DNA from: an uncultured delta proteobacterium
GTDB lineage: Bacteria > Desulfobacterota > Desulfobacteria > Desulfobacterales > JAFDCJ01
Assembly: GCA_963769935.1 (NCBI GenBank)
Contig: CAVYNY010000011.1
Span: 416,001-480,000 of the forward strand
Length of the DNA: 64,000 nt
Direction: 5' to 3'
The notes under the pieces were generated by a model. The model did not search any database. It was not told the DNA's origin and saw nothing but the letters and a program-made list of their open reading frames with translations. How positions within the stretch are numbered: position 1 is the first letter of the stretch; every line of letters begins with the position of its first letter. The position numbers were made by a program, and so were the translations under genes. Shown one piece after another: positions 11,509-21,847 of this stretch.

Positions 11509-11757
11509 AAATCTCAAGTTCCAAGCACCAAATCCCAAATAAATCCTAAATCACAATAATTAATGACCGAAACAGACTAAACCAGGAAAATGTCGCGGTT
11601 CTATTTTTCGTTTCTTGGCGCTGTTGTAATTGCGAGTTAAATAGATCTTGTATGTATTGAATGTAATCGCCAAAAACCGCTGCATGCCTCTGGTTGGAAT
11701 TTTGAATTTTGGTCATTGGAATTTGTTTGAGATCTGTTATTTGGAATTTGTAATTTT
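11509..11757. repeat. Heptamer-based inverted-repeat element, family 2; related copy at ~27876-28206
   Basis: CAAGCACCAAATYCCAAAYAAAT...AATGACC left arm and GGTCATTGGA...TTATTTGGAATTTGT right arm at both loci. Confidence 0.7.
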
Positions 11758-11814
11758 TAGTGCTCTCGGCCACCAAAATTCCTATATGAATATGCCAGCC
11801 TGAACCACCCCATC

Positions 11815-12486
11815 TCATGTGTTTGGAACGAGTTGCCCGTCTTTGAGTATTATCATGCGGTCTGCAATTCTGGCGATATCGATGCTGTGAGTCACCAGAA
11901 CCAGCGTGGTCCGGCGTTCCCTTTGAAATTCAAGCAGTAAATCCAGCACCGCTTTGCCGTTTTCAGTATCCAGGTTGCCGGTGGGTTCATCGGCAAAAAT
12001 AATTTTAGGATCGTTGATAACCGCCCGGCACATGGCTACGCGCTGCATTTCACCCCCGGAGAGCTGGTGCGGATAGTTGTCGCCGCGTTGCTGCAGGCCG
12101 ACGCGATGCAGCAGGTCGGCAGCTTTACCATAAGCCCGTGGATCATGCTTGAGTTCGGCCGGGAACATAACATTTTCCAGGGCTGTCAGGGATGGCACCA
12201 GATGAAAGGATTGGAAGACAAAACCGATGAATTCATTTCTCAACGGAGCGAGGTCATCTTCGCTGATATCGGTGATATCCCTGTCTGCAAGCAATACGCG
12301 GCCGGACGAGGGCTTGTCAAGGCCCGAGAGCAGGCTCAGCAGGGTTGTCTTGCCGCTGCCGCTGCTGCCTTCCACCACTAAAAATTCACCTCCGGCTACG
12401 GCAAGCGAGACATTGTCCAGGACCCTAATTTCACGGTCACCGATGGTGTAGGTTTTGGTAATATTTTTAGCCTCGACAACAGCCAT
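11815..12486 (-). CDS. YbbA-like ABC ATP-binding protein
   Basis: [23 protein letters not shown]; probable start ATG at 12486 (MAVVEAK). Confidence 0.9.
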   Translation of the reverse strand: MAVVEAKNITKTYTIGDREIRVLDNVSLAVAGGEFLVVEGSSGSGKTTLLSLLSGLDKPSSGRVLLADRDITDISEDDLAPLRNEFIGFVFQSFHLVPSLTALENVMFPAELKHDPRAYGKAADLLHRVGLQQRGDNYPHQLSGGEMQRVAMCRAVINDPKIIFADEPTGNLDTENGKAVLDLLLEFQRERRTTLVLVTHSIDIARIADRMIILKDGQLVPNT

Positions 12487-12800
12487 CGTGTCAATCCTCA
12501 AAAGAAAAGCAGAGTGCAGCAGACTCTGCCCCATTGCTCTTCCGTAATACTCTCGACTCAACAAATCGGGTTTTGGGACGAACCGCCGGACCCTGAATCC
12601 GAGAATTGATCAAAAGTAAGCACGCATCTTAAACCGATCAACCCCGCCAGAGAACCGGAATTTTTCATCGATATGATTGGAGCTAGGGCGGACGGCTTGA
12701 CAATGCCGCCCTGAGATCTATCCTAATCTATAAATGTACTTTTTGTATTAATTGTAAAGAAATCGCGGCTAAGACTAACAGGATTTAAGGGAGCAAATCG

Positions 12801-13325
12801 ATGAAGCACAAAATCTTATTGTTATTTTTTTGCCTCTTGCTGGCGGTTGGCTCAGCGTATGCCGAAGAAGCAGTGGTGCAGATGCACCTGACCGGCACTG
12901 CGGGTGCGGGCGATAATATTGGTACGATCAGGGCGTCGGACAGCCCTTATGGAACGTTATTCACACCCGACCTCAAGGGCCTGGCCCCCGGCTTGCACGG
13001 ATTTCATGTTCATCAAAATCCAAGCTGTGATCCCCAGGAGAAAGACGGCCGGATGGTGCCGGGGCTGGCGGCCGGTGGACACTATGACCCCGCAGGAACG
13101 GGCAAACACGAAGGCCCGTACGGAGACGGGCATTTAGGTGATTTGCCCGCCTTATACGTCGACGCCGCGGGCCAAGCCGTCCATCCGGTGCTGGCGCCGC
13201 GCATCAAGGTATCCGATCTCAAGGGTCGTTCGCTGATGATCCATGCCGGCGGAGACAATTACTCCGATCAACCGGCACCGCTGGGCGGCGGCGGCGCCAG
13301 GATTGCGTGCGGCGTGGTTAAATAG
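12801..13325 (+). CDS. sodC: Periplasmic Cu/Zn superoxide dismutase
   Basis: Signal peptide; [38 protein letters not shown]. Confidence 0.95.
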   Translation: MKHKILLLFFCLLLAVGSAYAEEAVVQMHLTGTAGAGDNIGTIRASDSPYGTLFTPDLKGLAPGLHGFHVHQNPSCDPQEKDGRMVPGLAAGGHYDPAGTGKHEGPYGDGHLGDLPALYVDAAGQAVHPVLAPRIKVSDLKGRSLMIHAGGDNYSDQPAPLGGGGARIACGVVK

Positions 13326-13344
13326 GCCTCGGCCCGGATCGCCG

Positions 13345-14808
13345 TCAGTCATCGTTTTTGCGGTTAATTGCCTGCGACAGCTTTTCACCGAGGGATCCTA
13401 TAGAGGATCTCTCGTCACCGGTAAATTTCTGCCAGTTGCGTTCGTCTTCTGTGTTGCCGGGTGCCAGAGTTATTTTACGGTTAGCGGTATCGATGACCTC
13501 TATGATCACCGGGATTGAGCCGCCTTCCTTTAACTTTTCGAACTCCGAGGATTTTTGCCCGCGGCTGATTTTCGATTTTGGCAGCAGCCCGGTGATGCCG
13601 GGCGCCAGGGTGATAAAAAAACCGAATTTTTCCTTTTTTTCAAGCACGCCTTCCAGGGATTGGCCGACAGCAAATTTTTCCTCAACGTCTATCCAGGGAT
13701 CGCCGGCAGCATCCCGAAGGCTTAAAGACAGGCGTCTTTTTGCCATATCAATTTCTTTGATGATGACCGAGACGGTCTCGCCGGCGCTGACAATGTCCTC
13801 AGGTTTCAGGACCCGTTTGGTATAACTCATCTCACTGATATGGACCAGTCCCTCAATGCCGGGGGCAACTTCCACGAAAGCGCCGAAATTGGCGCAGCGC
13901 GTGACTTTTCCCAGGATTTTGTCCCCTTCGTTAAATTGCCGGTCGGCCGTGTCCCAGGGATCAGCGGTGAGCTTTTTCATCGACAGGCTGATTTTCAGCA
14001 TACCGGGTTTTTTATCCGGCTCGATGCCGATAACTTTGACCCGCACAACATCGCCAATTTTGACGACGTCTTCCGGCTTGGCGACTTTTGACCAGCCGAG
14101 TTCGGATACATGCACCATGCCTTCCACCCCGTCCGACAGCTTCACAAAAACACCGTAGGGCATTGTTCGGGTAACCCGGCCTTCCATGACCCTGTCCACC
14201 TTCAATTTTTTATAAAATTCCTGGCGGGACTTTTCCTGTTGCCTGGCCAGCAGTGCACGCCTAGAAACAACAATATTTTTCCCCCTTTCTTCCAGGGTTA
14301 TAATTAAAAACTCCAGGGTCTGGCCGACGAAATCGGATGGCTCCTTGACAAAATTGATGTCCACTTGACTGATCGGACAAAATGCTCTTCGTTGCAGGAT
14401 TTCGACATGAAAACCACCTTTGCACGTGGCGGTGATTTTACCTTCCACCGGTGCCGCCTTGGCATAGGCCTCCTTTAACATCTCAATGCCGCCGATCCCC
14501 GACAAGGCTTTTGACAGCCGGATCTCCTCATCGGTTACCGCCACAACATACAGGTCCAGCATGTCGCCTTCTTCAACGGTCAGCTGCTGATTCTCATCTA
14601 ATAATTCGGCCTTGTCCACCACGCCGTCTATCTTGGTGCCGGTGTCGACAAAGACAGAATCCTTGCCGATGGAAATAATCTTGCCGTGAATTTTGTCGCC
14701 GATACTAATATCAGCGTCCATGCCGGGGCTATAAGCATCCAACAGCGCGGCAAAACTTTCTTCTTTTTCTTCCGCATTGTCATCATTATTATTTATATTT
14801 TCCGTCAT
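13345..14808 (-). CDS. rpsA: 30S ribosomal protein S1-like protein (multiple S1 domains)
   Basis: Repeated S1 motifs FGAFVEVAPGIEGLVHISEM and YGVFVKLSDGVEGMVHVSEL; may be a paralog. Confidence 0.8.
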   Translation of the reverse strand: MTENINNNDDNAEEKEESFAALLDAYSPGMDADISIGDKIHGKIISIGKDSVFVDTGTKIDGVVDKAELLDENQQLTVEEGDMLDLYVVAVTDEEIRLSKALSGIGGIEMLKEAYAKAAPVEGKITATCKGGFHVEILQRRAFCPISQVDINFVKEPSDFVGQTLEFLIITLEERGKNIVVSRRALLARQQEKSRQEFYKKLKVDRVMEGRVTRTMPYGVFVKLSDGVEGMVHVSELGWSKVAKPEDVVKIGDVVRVKVIGIEPDKKPGMLKISLSMKKLTADPWDTADRQFNEGDKILGKVTRCANFGAFVEVAPGIEGLVHISEMSYTKRVLKPEDIVSAGETVSVIIKEIDMAKRRLSLSLRDAAGDPWIDVEEKFAVGQSLEGVLEKKEKFGFFITLAPGITGLLPKSKISRGQKSSEFEKLKEGGSIPVIIEVIDTANRKITLAPGNTEDERNWQKFTGDERSSIGSLGEKLSQAINRKNDD

Positions 14809-15101
14809 TCTTCAGGCTCCTTTTTGGATTCAATAGATCGATACTGCTTGGAACTAGGCAGGGGGATTTATTCTTTTCAAGAAGATATTACAACAATTAT
14901 TTTTGATTGGAATATTTATGTTCATCGTGGATATAGGATTGACAAAATGTCGATCCTATTATAAATATCATTATAAATCGAACAGTTATCATCCGCCCTT
15001 TTGTTGCCGTACAAAACCCGGTCCCTGGGGCGAAGATGGGAAATATTGGCAAATTCAGGAATCGATTTTTCCGACTACTATCCGTATTACCAGGAGTCAG
15101 G

Positions 15102-15908
15102 ATGAAACGCGACGATGGTTATTTGATGGAAGGTGACGACGAGGCTTTGCGTCTGGATATCAAGACCGATGCCGGGCTGGTTGAAGAGCAGGCTTTATGG
15201 GCCGGCATCAAACCCGGCATGCGGATTGCCGATCTGGGATGCGGGGCCGGCAAGACCACTTTTCATTTGAACCGTTTGGTGCAACCAGACGGACATACCG
15301 TCGGTGTCGATATCGGCAAACAGCGGATTGAATATGCCCGAAAACATTACAGTGATGAAGGAATCGAGTATGTGGTCCGTGACATTCGCCAACCGCTCGA
15401 TCGGCTGGGCTCCTTTGATTTTATCTGGGTCCGCTTTGTGCTCGAATACTATTCGAAAGAAAGCGCTGAAATCGTAAAAAACATCTCCCAAAACCTCAAA
15501 CCAGGTGGAATCCTGTGTCTGATTGATCTGGATTGCAACTGCCTGCGCAATTTCGGACTCTCACAGCGGCTGGAAAACGCCATGGTCCAAATTATGAAAA
15601 ACCTGGAAACCAATTTTAATTTTGACCCTTATGTCGGCCTAAAGTTTTATTCTTATGTTTTCGATCTGGGCTTTGAAGAAATTGATGTCAAAGTCACCCC
15701 TCATAACCTTATTTACGGGGATTTAAGGGAAAAAGACGCTTTCAACTGGACCAAAAAGGTGGAAATTGCCGCCCGGCACTCAGGATTTCATTTTGATGAA
15801 TATGACGGCGGTTATGAGGAATTTTTTGAGGAGTTTAAACAATATTTTTCCAGTCCGCGCCGGTTCACTTACACCCCGATGATCTGGTGTCGGGCGCGGC
15901 GGCCTTAG
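15102..15908 (+). CDS. Class I SAM-dependent methyltransferase
   Basis: IADLGCGAG, FDFIWVRFVLEY, LKPGG; AGGAG RBS before ATG at 15102. Confidence 0.85.
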   Translation: MKRDDGYLMEGDDEALRLDIKTDAGLVEEQALWAGIKPGMRIADLGCGAGKTTFHLNRLVQPDGHTVGVDIGKQRIEYARKHYSDEGIEYVVRDIRQPLDRLGSFDFIWVRFVLEYYSKESAEIVKNISQNLKPGGILCLIDLDCNCLRNFGLSQRLENAMVQIMKNLETNFNFDPYVGLKFYSYVFDLGFEEIDVKVTPHNLIYGDLREKDAFNWTKKVEIAARHSGFHFDEYDGGYEEFFEEFKQYFSSPRRFTYTPMIWCRARRP

Positions 15909-15935
15909 GATCCAGACCTGCGGTTGAATACGGTT

Positions 15936-18089
15936 TTAAACAAACCGCAGCAGGCGCTTCAAATATCTGAAGTACTCATCTGAATACTGCAGACTGCAGA
16001 CCCACAGGTTATATATCTTCTCGTAAGCGATTTCATTTTCATCGGCAAAGGCGGCCGGAAATAGCAGCGCCGGAAAATCATTCTTTCCGGTAATCCGGGC
16101 TACGGAGCCGATCGCTGTCTGCAATAGGTCGGCAGTTAACCCTCCTGAATCCGTTACGAAGACTTTGACACAATTTGTGATATCAGACAGGTTCAAGCCG
16201 ACGTCGGATGTGTTCGCCATGAAGATCGCCTTCAGGTTGCCGTTTTGCTTCAGCGAGTAGAGCTGGCGCACTCTGGTCAAGCCCGCCTGCCTGTAATTTT
16301 GACTGAGATCGTCGCAATCTAATTTGTCCGGCGTTAAGTCGATTGCATCCAGCATCAGCCCACCGGAAGTATGTTCATAAAAGTCGGCCAGTTCCAGAAG
16401 GTCGTCCGCGTTTGTTTCAGTTATCCGCCAGTCGGGGGGCAAATCCGACGATGAACCGGTTGAGGGGCGGAAGTGAAAATAGGCGAACCCGTCCAGGGAA
16501 CAGCCCTTGGGGTCTTTTATGCTATTGGCGGCGCCGCCGAAAACCCGGCTGGGAAATTTGTTGTCCGGCCGATAATAGCAGATCATATAATCCATATGCA
16601 GCGAATAGAGGCGATGGGAGTCATTGATCATGCGTCCGATCTGGTCCAGAACGATCAGCCCGGCCTTATTTAAAGACGATTTTCTGGCGGCATGATGATG
16701 AATCATCCAGGCGCTTTCATAAAAGCGCAACATGGCCATGTGGCCGAATATGGTTCCCTTGTCCTGGTAGATGAAATGCCGGGCAATTTGGGGGTTGCGG
16801 GTGTAGATCTTGGCATAGGTTTCTTTTATCTGCTTTTTATTTTTCTGAATCGCGACATATTTATCGGGATAGATAAATCCGGTCTCAAAAAAGAAATCCC
16901 ACAGCGCATCGAGATCGACATCGTTGCAGATATACGAATTTTTGTTTTTGGTCTGATGAAGCAAGGAGATGAGCTTCAGATGATCCTGAATATCCATATC
17001 CAACAGGGCCAGGCCGCATTTGACCCACTTTTGCCCGCTGGAGGCTATCATGGCTTTACGAAAAACTACCTGGGTGCTGCACTTGATTTTGTAGCTGTCG
17101 GCAAAACTCAGTTCCAGCTCCGGCAAGATCATGCCCGGCAGCAACGCCGTGTTGCTTTCATCTTCTTCTACCGAAAATCCGGACCCGGACAAATCCACAA
17201 CCTTAAGATCGATTCTCGCTTTGGTGAATGGATGTTGAAATACGATGTTGGGCGAAGGCGTTATTTCATAGCGCTCGCTGCGGAACTCCTTGTGTTTGAA
17301 ACGATGAATTTCCTTCTTGAGAGGCTCGAGAATGTAGTTGCGGATGCTGTTGCCGCGGGTATACCGGATAACTTTACATTCACCGGAGTAATAGGTGACG
17401 GTCCGGTCCGACAGGATGATGTTGACCGGATGTTCCGAGTTCATCCAATCAAATGTCTGGGGCGGAACGGCATTAATTTTAACCCGAAACGAAAAGCCGT
17501 TGAAATCCATCAGAGAGCCGTTGAAGACGGTACTGTTCTGCATTAGTTGTACATTGATGCCTTCACAGGCATGGCGTGTGACTCGGCGGGAAGTGTTCTC
17601 ATAGCACGCTTCCGGCAACAGAAGGCTGATGCTTTCACTGTCAATTCTGACCAATTCAGCCTCGACCTTCAGCAGCTTGCGGCCGTTGGTAATCAGCAGA
17701 TTGCTGAAGGCGTAAGACTGAATAATCTGAGTTATATTTTTGTCTTCGGACCACAGGCAGTCGACCAGATCTCCCGCGCAGGGCTGGGGCGTGGCTTTGA
17801 GGGTAATGGTTTTATCGTATTTGAGGTGGCTGAAGCTAATCAGAACGGTGTCGTCCTGGAAATTAATGTAATTCAGCTTGTTGATGAGCTGGGCTTTGCT
17901 GACCTTTTTCCCTCTGTTATCCGGTCTCTCCTTCCCGGGCAGCTGATGGATGACGGCAGGCGACCCTGCTATGTCCTGGCTGCGCGCGGTTAGGGCGGCA
18001 AGAGCTGAAATCGGTGTGCGTACGGTTTCCCGGCGGCTAACATCGGTGTGCAATTCGATAACGTGGGGGGTTTTCTTTGCGCTCTCCAT
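15936..18089 (-). CDS. PilZ-like domain protein with a putative C-terminal acyltransferase-like region
   Basis: RRVTR...DFNGFS and RSERY...DLSGSG resemble PilZ RxxxR / DxSxxG motifs; the C-terminal fold call is inference. Confidence 0.6.
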   Translation of the reverse strand: MESAKKTPHVIELHTDVSRRETVRTPISALAALTARSQDIAGSPAVIHQLPGKERPDNRGKKVSKAQLINKLNYINFQDDTVLISFSHLKYDKTITLKATPQPCAGDLVDCLWSEDKNITQIIQSYAFSNLLITNGRKLLKVEAELVRIDSESISLLLPEACYENTSRRVTRHACEGINVQLMQNSTVFNGSLMDFNGFSFRVKINAVPPQTFDWMNSEHPVNIILSDRTVTYYSGECKVIRYTRGNSIRNYILEPLKKEIHRFKHKEFRSERYEITPSPNIVFQHPFTKARIDLKVVDLSGSGFSVEEDESNTALLPGMILPELELSFADSYKIKCSTQVVFRKAMIASSGQKWVKCGLALLDMDIQDHLKLISLLHQTKNKNSYICNDVDLDALWDFFFETGFIYPDKYVAIQKNKKQIKETYAKIYTRNPQIARHFIYQDKGTIFGHMAMLRFYESAWMIHHHAARKSSLNKAGLIVLDQIGRMINDSHRLYSLHMDYMICYYRPDNKFPSRVFGGAANSIKDPKGCSLDGFAYFHFRPSTGSSSDLPPDWRITETNADDLLELADFYEHTSGGLMLDAIDLTPDKLDCDDLSQNYRQAGLTRVRQLYSLKQNGNLKAIFMANTSDVGLNLSDITNCVKVFVTDSGGLTADLLQTAIGSVARITGKNDFPALLFPAAFADENEIAYEKIYNLWVCSLQYSDEYFRYLKRLLRFV

Positions 18090-18647
18090 GTCTTAACCTC
18101 ACGGGCTTGGGGTTAACTGCAGCGGATGGCGAATTTGGGTTTCCGAATGTCAGCGTCTGCGATCAGGAAAAATTGCTTGTCAATACCGTTCAGATACAGG
18201 ATTAGAATTACGTTTTATGCCAATTCCGAGGTCTACATTGCTATTTAAGTTCACGCTTGCATTTAAAATATAACAAAAGGCATGTCAATAGAAATATGCT
18301 AAAAACCTGAAATTATATACTAAATTATATTTAGTAACTGATTTCAGCCGGGAGGCAAGAAAACTTTATAAAATGAATATTATTTAGCGACTGAAGCGAA
18401 TATTTCGCTCCAGCGTGCAAGCCGATAAGTCTTTGCTGTTATTCAGATGACTCAAATTCAGTTACTGAAATTGATGCCGAAGACAGCGCATGCTGAAATA
18501 GCCACTCCGGAAATCCGGGTTGGTTGCCTTTTTGCAGATCGGATTTATATTTTACCTAAAAAGGAAACTGCAATACAAATGAATAAGGCCGCTGGTTGAG
18601 GGAGCCGGCCGCCTTCATTTCATACCGAATCGAAAGGAAATTGATGG

Positions 18648-19580
18648 ATGGGAAATCAAATCAGAACGACAATTTTGCTGGCAGTCCTGACTGCGCTTAT
18701 CCTCTGGGTTGGTCAGGTTTTGGGTGGGCGTCAGGGCATGATTATCGCCCTGATTTTTGCCGCCGGTATGAATTTTTTCAGCTACTGGTATTCCGACAAG
18801 CTGGTGCTGAAAATGTATCATGCCAGTGAAGTCACCTCCCGGCAAGCCCCGGAGTTGTATGAGATAGTTCAGCGCCTTACGCAGCAAGCCGGGCTTCCCA
18901 TGCCGAAGATATATGTTATTCCCCAGGAAGCCCCGAATGCCTTTGCCACCGGCAGAAATCCGGAGCATGCCGTTGTGGCGGTCACGGAAGGACTGCGCAA
19001 GATTATGAATCGCGACGAAATAGCGGGTGTTTTGGCTCACGAACTGGCCCACGTAAAAAATCGGGATATCCTCATCGGAAGCATCGCGGCGACCATGGCC
19101 GGCGCCATCATGATGCTGGCGACGATGGCCCGCTGGTCGGCGATATTCGGCGGCTTCGGCGGCAATAACGACGAAGGCGGCCGATCCGGTTTTATCGGCC
19201 TGATCGCGATGTCCATTATCGGTCCGCTGGCAGCCATGATTATCCAGATGGCCATATCCCGCTCACGGGAATATCAGGCGGATGCGACCGGCGCCGAGTT
19301 TGCCGGACATGCGGAGGGGCTTGCCAGTGCCCTGGAAAAGCTGGGAGCCTACTCCAAACGGTTGCCGATGAAGGCCAGCCCGGCCACGGCCCATATGTTT
19401 ATCGTCAATCCCTTGTCCGGCAAGAGCATGCTGAACCTGTTTTCAACACACCCGCCGCTCGAGGAAAGGATTGCGCGGCTGAGGGGCGTTCGGCCGCCGT
19501 CTGCCGGAAGAAAAGCGGAATCCGGCCTGGACACGCAAGCGGCGAGAGCAAAGGCGGAGTGGGATCGGCTTGCGAGCTAA
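18648..19580 (+). CDS. htpX: Zinc metalloprotease HtpX
   Basis: PNAFATG, HELAH, SRSREYQAD, FSTHPP. Confidence 0.95.
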   Translation: MGNQIRTTILLAVLTALILWVGQVLGGRQGMIIALIFAAGMNFFSYWYSDKLVLKMYHASEVTSRQAPELYEIVQRLTQQAGLPMPKIYVIPQEAPNAFATGRNPEHAVVAVTEGLRKIMNRDEIAGVLAHELAHVKNRDILIGSIAATMAGAIMMLATMARWSAIFGGFGGNNDEGGRSGFIGLIAMSIIGPLAAMIIQMAISRSREYQADATGAEFAGHAEGLASALEKLGAYSKRLPMKASPATAHMFIVNPLSGKSMLNLFSTHPPLEERIARLRGVRPPSAGRKAESGLDTQAARAKAEWDRLAS

Positions 19581-19851
19581 GACAAAGAAAAGAAGGTGAG
19601 AAAGAAAAAAAGCTCATGGCTGATAGCTCACAGCAAAGGCGATAGATGAAAAAGACAGAAGTCAGACGACAAAAGAAAGAAGATCAGAAGATGAGAAGTT
19701 AAGAAAATAAGAAGGTGAGAGGGTAAGGAGCATAGGGCATAGAGCAAAGCGCATAGCGTGAAGTAATATCATTTGCCTTTATCCTTTTACCTATCAACTA
19801 TGAACTATCAACTCTATCCAGTATCGAGCAACCAGCATCAAGTATCCAAGC

Positions 19852-20142
19852 TTAACAGCAATCCCCCCCGCCGCAGGCGGCCGCCTCCTTGCCTTTGATC
19901 CAGGTTTTGATGATATAGGCCGCGCAGCCGACTCCCGGCGTAACGTGGATGGCCTTGCTCGGACAGTTCAGGGCACAGGCCCCGCACTCCATGCAGCCGT
20001 CCCGATCACGGATGGCAGCTTTGTGGCCTTTCATCTGAAAAACTCCGTGGGGACAGACAATCTCACACATACCGCAGCCGACACACGCCTCGGTTTCAAG
20101 CTGCAGCGTCGTCACACCCGACAGGTATCTGAAGTCGTTCAT
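19852..20142 (-). CDS. hgcB: Mercury methylation ferredoxin HgcB
   Basis: Two CxxCxxCxxxCP motifs, PGVGCA, C-terminal CC; directly downstream of hgcA. Confidence 0.93.
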   Translation of the reverse strand: MNDFRYLSGVTTLQLETEACVGCGMCEIVCPHGVFQMKGHKAAIRDRDGCMECGACALNCPSKAIHVTPGVGCAAYIIKTWIKGKEAAACGGGDCC

Positions 20143-20146
20143 TTTT

Positions 20147-21352
20147 TTATCCTGCAAACGCCGCGGTCACCCAGGCGGCCGCCGCTATCAGAGCTGCAGC
20201 CGCTTGCAGCGGGATGGCCCGGCGCATTTCTTTTTCGACACCCGAGGGAGAAGTAAAGGGCGTCGAGCCGGTAAAATTCATGGTCAGGTAGGAACTGATT
20301 ACCATGGTGATCAAAAACAGCGCACCGCCCTCCAGCCAGATCAGGTCGCTTCTGAACACGGCAACGACGGCCAGACCGGCGACGCCTCCGGTCAGCACGC
20401 CTTTCAGAGCAAAAGCGCGTCCCGGTAACCAGGGCAGCAAAACAGGTGCGGCTACGGCGCCGGCCAGGATGCCGGCGATGTACGCCGTCAGGAGCATCAA
20501 GCCCCGACTCCAGGCAGCATGGAAGGAAAAAAAGTTTGTTCCAATACCCGACAGCAAAAAGGCCGTCAGCAGCACCCAGATCGTGGGTTTCGGCAGATGG
20601 GATAGTTCTACCGGCACCAGCACCACGCGCTCCGGCAACGTAAAAGTTACCCGGCGCATTGATTTATCGGCCTTACAACCGTCGGCGATAAACCGTTGAA
20701 TGTCTCCGGCCTTGATCGGGCCCCATAGAACCTTGAACCCAATTTCTTTTTTAAGACGAAATGCTGATATACCCGTGGCAGCCAGCTGCGGCAAGATAAG
20801 CCGGTCATGTCTTACCAGTTCTTTTAAGCGGGCTTGTTGGACGCGGTGTGCGACTTCGCGCGTGGAGAAGAGCGCTTTACCGGCCGCGCACCAGACGTTG
20901 ATGCCGCGGGTGTCGATTACCAGGATCCAGGCATTCAAGGAAGTTAACTCCCGGCGCAGTGCATCGAAGCTGAGCTTATAGTTGGCGGTAACCAAAACCG
21001 GTGAATCCTGATCCGGAGTCCCCACACAGTAGAGGCCGGGGGCGATTTTATATTGATCTCTTTTTATCCCAAGACGGGCAGTCAGGGTGCCCACCCGGTC
21101 AGATCGTTCGAGTCGGGTTTTGACCCGGGGAACCGGGCCGATCGGTGTGTCGATAAACGTATCGACAAAGTCCAGCAGCCGGTAGCCCGGTTTCTCATGC
21201 GGGCTGCTCTGCGGCCCCGGCGGCAAGCCGCAGCACACTTCGCCGACGGCCTGTGGCATGACCAATGGGTGCAGTGCGGAGGGGGACTCCGTCAAACTGG
21301 AACCTGCCTCACATGGGCAACAGGCGTTTTTTTGCCGGGTCAAATCATTCAT
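20147..21352 (-). CDS. hgcA: Mercury methylation corrinoid protein HgcA
   Basis: Cap-helix motif NVWCAAGK, VTANYKLSFD, C-terminal TM helices, NFTGSTPFTSPSGVEKEM. Confidence 0.95.
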   Translation of the reverse strand: MNDLTRQKNACCPCEAGSSLTESPSALHPLVMPQAVGEVCCGLPPGPQSSPHEKPGYRLLDFVDTFIDTPIGPVPRVKTRLERSDRVGTLTARLGIKRDQYKIAPGLYCVGTPDQDSPVLVTANYKLSFDALRRELTSLNAWILVIDTRGINVWCAAGKALFSTREVAHRVQQARLKELVRHDRLILPQLAATGISAFRLKKEIGFKVLWGPIKAGDIQRFIADGCKADKSMRRVTFTLPERVVLVPVELSHLPKPTIWVLLTAFLLSGIGTNFFSFHAAWSRGLMLLTAYIAGILAGAVAAPVLLPWLPGRAFALKGVLTGGVAGLAVVAVFRSDLIWLEGGALFLITMVISSYLTMNFTGSTPFTSPSGVEKEMRRAIPLQAAAALIAAAAWVTAAFAG

Positions 21353-21452
21353 GTCTTCAATCTTCAGGTCTAAGGGGATTCAATATTTATTCTAACCTTG
21401 AAAACCTGGTCCTGTGGGCCAGGATTCTTTACTTATTCGGCCCCATTTTATA

Positions 21453-21668
21453 TCAAATTACCGTCGCATTCAACCGGAGGCATTTTTTTAAGCCAGGGCC
21501 GTGACGGCGACAGGTTCGCTGATTGCGGCAGACCCGGCAGCGGTCGTCACTGCAGCTCTGACAGGCGAAACAGTCTTTACAGGGGTGCTTTTTGACGCAC
21601 CCTTCCGGCGGCCGCGGCACATACACTTTGCCCTTCAATCCGGGAACTGTTGCAAAAGGCACGTGCAC
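21453..21668 (-). CDS. Small Cys-rich hypothetical protein (9 Cys)
   Basis: GGGGAGAG RBS-like sequence before GTG; HPCKDCFACQSCSDDRCRVC. Confidence 0.6.
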   Translation of the reverse strand: MHVPFATVPGLKGKVYVPRPPEGCVKKHPCKDCFACQSCSDDRCRVCRNQRTCRRHGPGLKKCLRLNATVI

Positions 21669-21847
21669 TCTCCCCTAGTTAGAGTTTATTAAAGATTCCG
21701 GTCTAGTGCCTATCCGGCAATTCAGACCGCTGTAACGTTTATACATGACTACCTGAGGATCCATTACCACACAGTAACATAGCAAGAAAAATATTCATAT
21801 TTAATTGCCTGGTTTCTGTCAAGGGCAAATCCGGGGAGGCTAAGTTT

